Positions 1 to 11,202 of a stretch of 64,000 nucleotides of DNA are shown piece by piece; the stretch's first letter is position 1, and each line of letters opens with the position of its first letter. The translations under genes were made by a program, and so were the position numbers. The notes under the pieces are model-generated. The model was not told the origin of the DNA, did no database searches, and saw only the letters and a list, made by a program, of their open reading frames with translations. The stretch lies in assembly GCA_950097015.1 (NCBI GenBank), contig CATNEN010000038.1, positions 6,014,001-6,078,000 on the forward strand, written 5' to 3'. This DNA comes from Macrostomum hystrix. Its lineage: Eukaryota; Animalia; Platyhelminthes.

Positions 1-1579
1 GGAAGAAAATCTGAAATTTCGGCAAAGAAGTCTGGGCCATCATCATCATGTCCCCCAGGGGGGGGGACATCAGCAAAGTCACCCGCCCAAGCGCAATTCA
101 ACACGATAAGGCACTCAGGCAAATTATCCACCCCCATAGACAAGACCTCCCCCGGGTTGCTTGAACAAAAACAGTCAGATAAGAAAACTATTTTTTCAGA
201 CTTATCGGGCTGTTTGGGTCACTTGGGTTCTGTCAGTGTCGCGATGTCGCGGTGCCATCGAGGAGGCCACTTCTATTCATCGCTGACCCCTGAGCACACA
301 TTTGATGACATTCTCATCGCAAATCAGAGCACATTCTCCCTCTGTGACTGGTCTCACTAGCATGAATCGAACAGAACGACTCCAAGCCACTGTCCTTTAC
401 CCAAGCCTCAGTCGACTAGTGAATCCGACAGTCATCTTTTGAAGGAAAAGCAACTATGTATAATCCTAGAAGTCTTTGCCTCAGAGGATAAACATAGAGT
501 AACAATAGTGCTCCAAGGCCCTGCCAAATTTGGAAGCATCCAAAGGCACCAACTGCAGGCACAACATCCCCCCCAACTGCTCAAGTTCTTAAGTTCTTAG
601 GCCTCCGGCCTGCAGCGGAAAGCGTGGCAGCCTCTTTGAAGAGAGCAAAAACGGATTAGCATATTTTTATTAGGACTGTTGGAAGAAAAACGCTTGCGAA
701 ATCCCAATCTCCGCCCGCTCAGAATTCCCTTAGCTATTGCCGAGATCGGCCATCCTGTGAGAAATTCTCCAAGGCCTTAATTGGCTCCGATTTTGGGAGA
801 AGCTCGAGCACTTTTCTATTGGGAAATCTCTGCAAATTTTTGTACGCAAAGGTGGCACATGTGGCCAAGATTTTTATCGTCAGAGTTCCGTGGACGTTCG
901 AGTTTATTTCGATACTACGAGGAAAGGGAGAAAGGGAGAAAGCGATGGCACTTTCTGATATTCTGCAACGAATTATACACCTGACCACTTCATCCGCATT
1001 AGCTCATCCGATACTTTAGCCACAGCCTCAGCCATTCCAGTCGCTAAGCCGATTTCAGATTTCAAACTCCGGTGCAGTTCGCTGAACAGGCCACTCGCTG
1101 TCGACAAAAATCTGCGGAGACACTTTCAACTTTTTTACTTCTGTTCCAAGGAAAATTCCGACCAGATTTTTTTCTCTCTCCGCCTCATCCCCGCCCACCC
1201 TCCCCACCCCAACGAAGGGTTTGGAGGAAAACGCAATTTCCGCGCGGAGACAGCGTCAATCAGCGACATCCACCATCGAAGCGACGAGAAAATTTCCAGC
1301 GGACCAACTCGGCAGCCTCCGGGGGCTAACTGGGGGTACGTGGGGGCGACCGAGTGTTGACGGACCGCTGCCAACCGCGACCTCCCCAGTCGAATCATCC
1401 CTGATGCTGTCAGCTAGCTGACTGACCTCGATAATGAGGCCGTCGAGCAGTCCGAATGGAGTCGTCAGTTTGCCGCCAATCACTGCCTGGAATCAGGGAG
1501 CAGGGAGCAGAGGCGATGGAGCAGGGAAGAGAGGCTGGAAAACAGGACAAACTGAATTAGGTCTGCGCTGGGAAACAAC

Positions 1580-1782
<203 letters not shown>

Positions 1783-3037
1783 GTTAGTGTATGAGTGTTT
1801 AGATAGACCTTTCGTCCGTTTGAAAGCCTCCTTACGTGGACCCTCCGTTTTACGTGGACCCCTTAAGTGGACCACCATATAATTTTTTTCTGACAAGTTT
1901 TGTGTGGGTCTAGACCGACCCACAGTGTAGCTTAGAGCTCTGTGATACTGTGTTTGAAAGTATACTACTTAAAGTATTGCCGTTTGGAAGTTATTAGAAT
2001 TTAAGTTTAGATGGACCTTTTACGATGTCCACGTAAGCCACATTGCCCAGGTCCAGTTAAACCGAAAACATACGAAAAGAAACACACAAAGTGTATGTCG
2101 AATCTGTTTATAAGAAAATATTATCGCATGATAAATCCGATTAAAAAGTGCAGAAAAGTAAAGTCAGACATTTTTAACTTGTGAACATTTTAAAGTCGAG
2201 TTCGTTAGTGTTCAATAATTATGATGTGGGTCGTTGTCAGTGGTAAACTATAAATAGCATGCGTCTATTCGGCCCTTAATGGGAAACAAAAGCATCAAAA
2301 GGTACAGATATGTTAGCTTCATATAAATCAATCTGCATAATTTAACTACTGAAAGCGCAGATACCGACTTCTTGTTAAAGATTCTTGGTTAGATGTCTTG
2401 GTTAGAAATGATGTTTTATGAAATTATTCTGTCTTTAATACGTTGTTATCACTGCCACATAAACAAACAGACGCGAAATGTGCTCGAATTTTGACAACTT
2501 CACTCCAAAATTCTTTCGATTAGTTAAGAACCGAGGAACCAGCTATCCCAGACTATGCATTCAAGGAGCTGTACAGAAACGAAATGAAGGCATCTTCCTC
2601 AAACCTTTCTTTTTATTTACTACTGTACAGGGCCTCGAAACGCCACCCTAATGAAAAAAATTCAATTGGTTCGCAAGATTTCTAAGGAAATCTTTTTGGG
2701 GTCTAGCTAAACCACACACAGTTGACTTATCCACATGTGTTTTCATGGATGGCCCAAGACCTTGTTTTGCAACCCCTTTCTTTCCATCACCCTGTACATG
2801 CCTTCAACTTCCCACCCCAAACCACGCGATATGATTGGTCGAACGATATTCCGGGAAGAAAATTTTAGTAGGGGCAGGAGGTCCAGCTAAACCTTAGCTT
2901 ATTTGAAAAACCACAAAGAACAACCTCGGTAGTAAAGACTTTCACTCTTTCTATCGCATCAACTCGATACACATGATTAGCGTATTGACTACCTTCTGTG
3001 CGTAGGTTCCTGTACCTCGTACGATCATTCGTTTTCA

Positions 3038-3451
3038 ATGCGAAACCGTCGCTTGAAACAAAATTCTGGTACGTCAGACACGTGCCTTGTAGAAAAGATC
3101 ATAAAGTGCTCCAGGAAAAAGGTATTCGAAATATGGAAGAACTATTCAAGGTAAGTCTTCACTACCAAACTTTCAACTTTTACCGTAACTTTTGACCATT
3201 TGAAGAGTGCATGCGCATGCAAAATAAAATCGTATATACCCTAATACATTTTTAGCAAGTATAATACTTGGGAGCCAAAGACAAACATTTCTCAAGAAAT
3301 ACTGCAGTCGATGCATTCACAATGTGGTGAGTGCAGAAAATGTTACGGATATCTAAATTCGAACACTTGACTATTCTAACAAAAAGGCCCCAACTTTTTC
3401 ATTCTTGCAGAAACGTGCTTTCCACGTAAAAAACGAGAAACGCCCAAAAAT
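3038..3451 (+). CDS. Spliced chromodomain-encoding gene (possibly decaying) inside the TIR element
   Basis: Exons 3006-3150 (ATG 3038), 3256-3326 and 3411-3451, with GTAAGT/TTTTAG (branch CCCTAAT) and GTGAGT/TTGCAG sites. They join in frame to MRNRRLKQNSGTSDTCLVEKIIKCSRKKVFEIWKNYSSKYNTWEPKTNISQEILQSMHSQCETCFPRKKRETPKN, which carries the chromodomain signature VEKI...WKxY...NTWEP..NI. Confidence 0.7.
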
Positions 3452-3514
3452 GTAAGAATACGAGTCTATTGAATTTTAACCCCCTCTTTCACGCTAGTTA
3501 GAGATAGCTAAAAG

Positions 3515-4104
3515 TTTAGCTGGGGTCCAGCTAAACCCTCCCTACACAACTCGATATCAATGATGTATGTTAAAACTAGGCTCTTGCTAACAGCTAGTCC
3601 TGGGGTCCAGCTAAACCCTCCCTACACAACTCGATATCAATGATGTATGTTAAAACTAGGCTCTTGCTAACAGCTAGTCCTGGGGTCCAGCTAAACCCTC
3701 CCTACACAATTCGCTATCAATGGTGTATGTTAAAACTAGGCTCTTACTAACAACTGCTAGTCCTGGGGTCCAGCTAAACCCTCCCTACACAACTCGATAT
3801 CAATGATGTATGTTAAAACTAGGCTCTTGCTAACAGCTAGTCCTGGGGTCCAGCTAAACCCTCCCTACACAATTCGCTATCAATGGTGTATGTTAAAACT
3901 AGGTTCTTACTAACAACTGCTAGTCCTGGGGTCCAGCTAAACCCTCCCTACACAATTCGCTATCAATGGTGTATGTTAAAACTAGGTTCTTACTAACAAC
4001 TGCTAGTCCTGGGGTCCAGCTAAACCCTCCCTACACAATTCGCTATCAATGGTGTATGTTAAAACTAGGCTCTTACTAACAACTGCTAGTCCTGGGGTCC
4101 AGCT
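3515..4104. repeat. 80-83-bp tandem array 1 (~7 units) inside the TIR element
   Basis: TGGGGTCCAGCTAAACCCTCCCTACACAA.. recurs at 3521, 3601, 3681, 3764, 3844, 3927 and 4010; the copy at 4093 is partial. Confidence 0.95.
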
Positions 4105-6078
4105 TTATCCACTCTCACAACGGTGGTGCTTTCGCTTTTGTCCCGTTCTGTCAGCCTCACAAATACGCTTGTTTCACAGATGGCCAGCTGCCAGCAACGT
4201 CACTGTCCCCATGGCGGAGACCTCATCGCGAGAGTCCACTGGCTCACCGAATGTCGTTTGTGATGTTGAGCCGAGGGCTACGACTTCAACCCCGGCCAGT
4301 AACAATCGTCGAGCAAGTAAGGACGAAGCTTTAATGTCGATTCTTCCTTCGCCAGTCGAGCAAGCAAACCAGAGTTCAAACGTCAAGAAAAAGTGTTTTA
4401 ATCGTCCGACTCTAAATCCGACACCAGCTATGGAGCAGCGTAGTGATGCTGACCAAAGAGCAACAGTTGCCAGACGGGATAAACAGAGCTCGGATCAGAG
4501 TCCCGAAATAAGTGAATCTCTCGAATCCGAAGTCAAAAAGTTGCCGGCGGCTACAAAAATCCCTTCTGAATCTGATGCGGCCTAAAAATCGAATTCAGTT
4601 CGAGGTGCAGATACAGGCCCGGCATTTTCATCAGTAAGCTTTGCATCATGTACAAGTTTTTAAAACTCGGTGCAGTTGGTACACATAACAGAATCGGAAA
4701 GTAGCTCTTCACGGCCATACTAACAACTGCTAGTCCTGGGGTCCAGCTAAACCCTCCCTACACAATTCGCTATCAATGGTGTATTTTGGCAGTAGGCTCT
4801 TTCTATCAACTGCTAGTCCTGGGGTCCAGCTAAACCCTCCCTACACAACTCGCTATCAATGATGTATGTTAAAACTAGGCTATTGCTAACTGCTAGTCCT
4901 GGGGTCCAGCTAAACCCTCCCTACACAACTCGATATCAATCGTGTATTTTGGCAGTAGGCTCTTTCTATCAACTGCTAGTCCTGGGGTCCAGCTAAACCC
5001 TCCCTACACAACTCGATATCAATCGTGTATGTTAAAACTAGGCTCTTGCTAACTGCTAGACCTGGGGTCCAGCTAAACCCTCCCTACAAAACTCGATATC
5101 AATCGTGTATTTTGGCAGTAGGCTCTTTCTATCAACTGCTAGTCCTGGGATCCAGCTAAACCCTCCCTACACAACTCGATATCAATCGTGTATGTTAAAA
5201 CTAGGCTCTTGCTAACTGCTAGACCTGGGGTCCAGCTAAACCCTCCCTACACAACTCGATATCAATCGTGTATTTTGGCAGTAGGCTCTTTCTATCAACT
5301 GCTAGTCCTGGGGTCCAGATAAACCCTCCCTACACAATTCGCTATCAATGGTGTATGTTAAAACTAGGCTCTTGCTAACTGCTAGTCCTTGGGTCCAGCT
5401 AAACCCTCCCTACACAACTCGATATCAATCGTGTATTTTCGCATGTTATGGTGTATGTTAAAACTAGGCTCTTGCTAACAGCTAGTCCTGGGGTCCAGCT
5501 AAACCCTCCCTACACAATTCGCTATCAATGGTGTATGTTAAAACTAGGCTCTTACTAACAACTGCTAGTCCTGGGGTCCAGCTAAACCCTCCCTACACAA
5601 TTCGCTATCAATGGTGTATGTTAAAACTAGGCTCTTACTAACAACTGCTAGTCCTGGGGTCCAGCTTTATCCACTCTCACAACGGTGGTGCTTTCGCTTT
5701 TGTCCCGTTCTGTCAGCCTCACAAATACGCTTGTTTCACAGATGGCCAGCTGCCAGCAACGTCACTGTCCCCATGGCGGAGACCTCATCGCGAGAGTCCA
5801 CTGGCTCACCGAATGTCGTTTGTGATGTTGAGCCGAGGGCTACGACTTCAACCCCGGCCAGTAACAATCGTCGAGCAAGTAAGGACGAAGCTTTAATGTC
5901 GATTCTTCCTTCGCCAGTCGAGCAAGCAAACCAGAGTTCAAACGTCAAGAAAAAGTGTTTTAATCGTCCGACTCTAAATCCGACACCAGCTATGGAGCAG
6001 CGTAGTGATGCTGACCAAAGAGCAACAGTTGCCAGACGGGATAAACAGAGCTCGGATCAGAGTCCCGAAATAAGTGAA
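4049..6078. repeat. Internal direct duplication (offset 1562 bp) of array end plus a Ser/Thr/Pro-rich ORF segment
   Basis: ORFs 4049 and 5611 are identical up to ...QSPEISE. Confidence 0.93.
4717..5666. repeat. 80-83-bp tandem array 2 (~11 units, partly alternating two variants)
   Basis: Same unit as array 1. The TTTTGGCAGTAGG and GTTAAAACTAGG variants alternate, giving a 163-bp period. Confidence 0.95.
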
Positions 6079-6488
6079 GCTGAAGTGGGCTGAACAACTT
6101 AAAATTCGCCAAAATTTTATTGAAGCAAAAGCCTAGTCTTGTCAATGAAGCCGGCTTTGTAACCTTGCTATCATATCCTCATCGAATGCTTTGATTAATG
6201 AATAAATTGAGTGATCGTTCGGAATTATGTAAGAGTAATTGAGATCATTAACTTTGTCAGAACGTTAAACCATATTTTTTGGGTCCACCTAAACCGGTCT
6301 ACGTAAACACACGAGGCATTAACTCAATTTTCTTCTAATCAGCGCCTCCTCCAGTTTAAAAAGTAAACAATTCTAGTTCTTTAAATCGCATTTGACTTAA
6401 GATTTCATGTTTGGATTGAAAATTCGGAGGTCCAGGTAAGGCATTATCAAATGAACAGTCTACATAAACACACATACACTGGTAATAG

Positions 6489-6660
<172 letters not shown>

Positions 6661-7276
6661 CTTAATTCGGCCTGCAAACTACACAAACTAATAATTTTCG
6701 ATTCCCGGGTGAGTTTTCTGAAATCAGAGGCTGGTCTTCAATTACAGATGAGGCGGTATGCAGCTGAGGGTTAATCCTAACTCAGGGAAATGATGTCTTA
6801 TTCTGCCAGCATCGCCAGAGCACCGATTGGTAGGTGACGGAACGGAAGGACCGTCCCACAGAAACTTCACATCCGTCAGAAAAAACGTTGTCGCACGTTC
6901 GATCAACATCTCTGTCAGAGAGTACGAGTTAGCTCCTTCGTCAGTTAGGTTTACGAGCTAGCTATAGTTACTAGAGATTATCAACGTAGATTTCAATTTT
7001 TGCATTCAAAATTGAATTTTCCATGCGTGCTTGACTTGCGCATGACTCAAATCGTAAATCGAATGTTGTGTTGAACTGTCAAGTGCTTTAGAGTCTCTTT
7101 TTAATTTTTTTCTCAACTTTTTCATACCTGTCCTGAGTTTTCAGTTTGCTGAACATCGACGATAAGTGCTAGATTTGTTTCTCTAAGTAAGACAACTTGT
7201 TACCAGCTGAAGTATCAGCTAAGGCTGAAATTTTGGTAGGTGCTTTACCACTCCACGGACTAAGTAGCTGTACACA

Positions 7277-7599
7277 GGGGCTGAGTGGCAGAGCGGTTAA
7301 CGCGTTTGCCTCTCGCATCAAGGTCCCTGAGCTCGATTCCGCGGCGAGGCCACATTAAATTAGGGTGCAGCTGCGGAGAGAAGGCTTGCGGGCTTGTCGT
7401 TCAATTTACGCCCTTGAGGGCCAACCTCCAAGGCACAGTGAGAGTGTACACACTGCCTGACTGCCTGCCATGGCAGGTGTACACACCTGTGAGCTTGTGC
7501 CTGCACAAATGGGCAGAATTGCCTCTTCGCTGGCTCCGGGTCCAGTGTCACCAAATAATATGCCATCGCCCGCAGCCCTCAAGCAATTCTTATTATTAG
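7277..7599 (+). mobile_element. tRNA-derived SINE, full length
   Basis: Pol III A box TGGCAGAGCGG, B-box-like GCTCGATTCC, (TTA)n tail, candidate TSD AGCTGTACA (7266-7274 / 7608-7616). Homologous copies occur elsewhere in the window. Confidence 0.85.
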
Positions 7600-7839
7600 C
7601 ATTAAACAGCTGTACAATTAAAAAGCTTTTGAAAAGGTTGCAGAATTATCTATTGCATGCATTGTGTGCCATGCCAGATTCTTAGTACACAACGCATAGG
7701 ATTTTTTAAATTGATTTTTAAGGAGTTTTAATAGAATGTAACTAGCAACCAAGACCTGCTTTGGGGGAGGAATAACAAGCTTTAAAGCCCTGAGAAGAAA
7801 AATAATTAAGAAGATTCAACTAAAATGCCGTATTTATAT

Positions 7840-8350
7840 TCTCTTGATATCTCCTCGATATTGCTATCCTTCGACAATCATACTACCCCTCGACATGTTA
7901 CCCCAACAATTAATCATGCTACTCTCAACATTTAATGAAGTTCCCGGAATAATACACGCTGTTCCCTGGAAAATTTATGCCATCCGGTCAATAATTTAGG
8001 CAACACCCTAAACTAAATAGACAACCCAATTAAAACAATACACCACCCCCTCGATAAGTTATGCTTGCCCCTCGATAATTCCTTCTATCCTCTCGATAAT
8101 TCATGCTTCTCATCGATAACTCATGTTATTTCGTCGACAATTCATGCTTCCCTCTCGTTATGTCATGCTTCCCCACAATAAGTCATGCTTCTTCCCTAAG
8201 ATAATTAATGCTTCCCCATTTATAAATCACTTCTCTTGAAAAATGTGCGATACCCTCGAAGTATTATGTTATCCCCTGAAATCTCATTCTTTCTCCGAGA
8301 AAAATCATGCTATCTTAAAGCAATCATCATACTCCTTAGATATTCCTACT
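7840..8350 (-). repeat. Degenerate ~21-bp repeat, inverted relative to the 10-19 kb satellites
   Basis: CTCGATAATTCATGCTTC-like units are the reverse complement of GAAGCATGAATTATCGAG. Confidence 0.7.
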
Positions 8351-8834
8351 ATACTAAATATCTTGAGTTTGTCTTGTGGCACTCTACCTTTTGAACCATT
8401 TGACCAATTTTTATCGTGTTTTCACCAAAAAGTGCCAGTTAATACAAGGATTAGACGGATCAAATTTCATCATTCTGTCTCAATGCTAAGGGTATTAAGT
8501 ATTCGGAAAAAAAGTTTTCATTTTGCTTTCAATAGGAGCCCAAACAAGGTTAAATTAGAATAAGGGCTGGACACTGTCAGTTTTATGATGCTCAATGCCA
8601 GCGAGACCTCTCCGATCCTCATTTCTATCCATAAAACTGCAGCCTTTATATTGTCTAATCTTGTCTCGACTTCGATCATTGTGCCGCTTTCTTTCCATCT
8701 GGCTCCAAAGTAAAGTACTTTTATTATTTTGCAGAATGCAGATCCAATTTCAGCATCAGTTTTGTTACTGCTTATTTTTCTTCAAATCTTCTATAATCAA
8801 CCGGTAAAAATGTAGATTCCAGTTTATTAGTATA

Positions 8835-9769
8835 GCTTTTGCCATTCAATCTCAGTGTTTTGTCATTCATACTCAGCCCCCATAGAATTAATCCAGCCAG
8901 TTGGCGCGGTTTGGCCCATAGACTATCGCTCTGTGCCATTCAATCTCGGGTTTTGTCATTCAAACTCAGGCTTTATAAGCTCGGTCTCTCAAACGCAGTC
9001 CTCCCAAAGACAGCTAAATTACAAATTTATTCTATAGCATTGACATATAACCAAGTGTGCGTAAACGTCTCAAGCTCGTGTATAGTTTATGGCCCAAAGG
9101 CCATCAAAGAAATACGAGATTGACGAGAAACTCGTAGATTGAAGTGTGCAGTAAATTCCGCAACTGTGCGGTAAATCCGTGCCATCCCTCTTCTGAGCTA
9201 CTATGCAGTAAATCCCAGACGGGTATTGTCTATGGGCCGAAGGAGCTGGTCTTGCGCACACACACTTGGTCATAAATCAATGCACTTATGCTAGGCTTCC
9301 TAGTGCGTAAATAGTCTATGGCACGAGTGCGCTGCGCGCACTAGTGCGCTGCGAAGCCTAGCATAAATCTACCATTTGCTTACATGGCCCAACTTACATG
9401 GGCCACATGCTTACATGGAGCGCCTGGGCCACGTTACACTGGACACTCTGACGCCTCTGAACTGACGCCTGCAGCCGACTGTATCCACGGTGCATTATGC
9501 AAATTCCTTTTCTCTGAGTCACTATTCTGATCCAAGACATTAACAATTCCGCTCAAATCCATATGTTCCTCACCATGATGCTAGAGGTGTTTGACTTGTA
9601 ATGTGAATGGACTGCATTATGTTTAACAAGTTTAACAAGTCTGTTTTTCGGTCCTGTGTTACATGAGCCTAGCTGAGGAATAATAACCTGTTCATTCCTT
9701 ATCCACATTCCTTCTCCACATTAAAGCCTGAGTATGAATGACAAAACACTGAGATTGAATGGCAAAAGC
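8835..9769. mobile_element. MITE with perfect 42-bp TIRs, flanked by TATA
   Basis: GCTTTTGCCATTCAATCTCAGTGTTTTGTCATTCATACTCAG (8835-8876) and its exact reverse complement (9728-9769); TATA on both sides; a partial extra TIR copy at ~8934-8977. Confidence 0.85.
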
Positions 9770-10256
9770 TATATTTTTTATTGGCCATTTTTGGGTTCGA
9801 GTATAAATAGTAAGCGCTTTTGGTTAGCTACTGTCAAAGCAGATATTTGTTAGCTATATTATTACTGTATTCGCTTTCAAAGAAGAATATAAGTATTTTC
9901 GAGTGAAGCAGCAAGTTTTATTCGCTACTGAAACTAAGGAGAGAATTTTAGCACAGCTGCAAGCATTTCAGATTCAGAACTAGAACATCGCGGCGCGGCA
10001 ATCGTTATTAAATTCGAAGCTAGGAGAAAATATGTTATGATATACTTGTATAAAATGAGATATGAGATATGAAATTTTGAGACGGAAGCATTTTTTCAAT
10101 GCAGCTGCATGATTTTACAAGTGGTAGCATGATTAATAAAGGGTGTAGCATAAATTATTTACGGGCAGCATAAGTTATCGAGGAAACAGCAATTGTTAGT
10201 AAGGGAATTGTATCTATCGAGGGTAAAGCATCATTATTAGTAAGAAACTGTTCATT

Positions 10257-10840
10257 AGCATGAATAATGAAGGGGTAGCACAAATTATCGAAGGGGAAGC
10301 ATGAATAATGAAGGGGTAGCACAAATTATCGATGAGGAAGCATGAATAATGAAGGGGTAGCACAAATTATCGATGGGGAAGCATGAATAATGAAGGGGTA
10401 GCACAAATTATCGATGGGGAAGCATGAATAATGAAGGGGTAGCACAAATTATCGATGGGGAAGCATGAATAATGAAGGGGTAGCACAAATTATCGAAGGG
10501 GAAGCATGAATAATGAAGGGGTAGCACAAATTATCGAAGGGGAAGCATGAATAATGAAGGGGTAGCATAAATTATCGATGAGGAAGCATGAATAATGAAG
10601 GGGTAGCACAAATTATCGATGAGGAAGCATGAATAATGAAGGGGTAGCACAAATTATCGATGGGGAAGCATGAATAATGAAGGGGTAGCACAAATTATCG
10701 ATGGGGAAGCATGAATAATGAAGGGGTAGCACAAATTATCGATGGGGAAGCATGAATAATGAAGGGGTAGCACAAATTATCGATTGGGTAGCATGAATAA
10801 TGAAGGGGTAGCACAAATTATCGATGGGGTAGCATGAATA
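10257..10840. repeat. 41-bp (20+21) dimeric minisatellite
   Basis: GCATGAATAATGAAGGGGTA-GCACAAATTATCGATGGGGAA, about 14 copies. Confidence 0.95.
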
Positions 10841-11202
10841 ATTATAGGGGTTGTATAATTTTTCAAGCGAAAAGTTCGCATTTTCATGGGGAAGCATCAA
10901 TTAACGAGGCAGTAATATAAATTATTTAGGGGTATAATAAATAATTGAGAATAAGTATAATTTATCGAGATGGAAGCATGAATTAATGGAGGTAAACTTT
11001 CAGTTATTTAGGCGAACCATGATGTAGCATGGGAAAAGCATGAATTATCAAGGTCGAAGCATAAATTATCGATTGTAAAACATGACTTATCGATAGGGTA
11101 GCATGAATCGTCAAGGGCGGAGCATGAGTTATCGATGGCAAGCATGAATTATTGACAAAATTGCATGATTTGTCGAGACGGCTGAATAAATTATAGAGGG
11201 GG

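Larger units (their letters stand above)
1785..6487 (+). mobile_element. ~4.7-kb non-autonomous TIR DNA transposon (possibly Academ-like) inserted in a (GTCT)n tract
   Basis: Left end AGTGTATGAGTGTTTAGATAGAC..TTTGA..CCTTACGTGGACCCTCCG (from 1786) matches the reverse complement of the right end (6425-6480: AGTGTATGTGTGTTTATGTAGAC..TTTGA..CCTTACCTGGACCTCCG). GTGT at both junctions is a candidate 4-bp TSD. A GGTCCA(C/G)(C/G)TAA motif is repeated near the ends. No transposase recognised; the superfamily is inference. Confidence 0.75.

Noticed and set aside
1-1570. Coding-like, moderately GC-rich sequence with short ORFs on both strands
   Set aside because: Interrupted by stops and no recognisable domain; possibly an old TE fragment, but it cannot be supported.
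3515-5666. 80-83-bp arrays as a CRISPR-like locus
   Set aside because: No unique spacers, no cas genes, eukaryotic context; these are plain tandem repeats.
7277-7352. tRNA gene
   Set aside because: No intact cloverleaf; the head continues into a repeated SINE body with tail and TSD.
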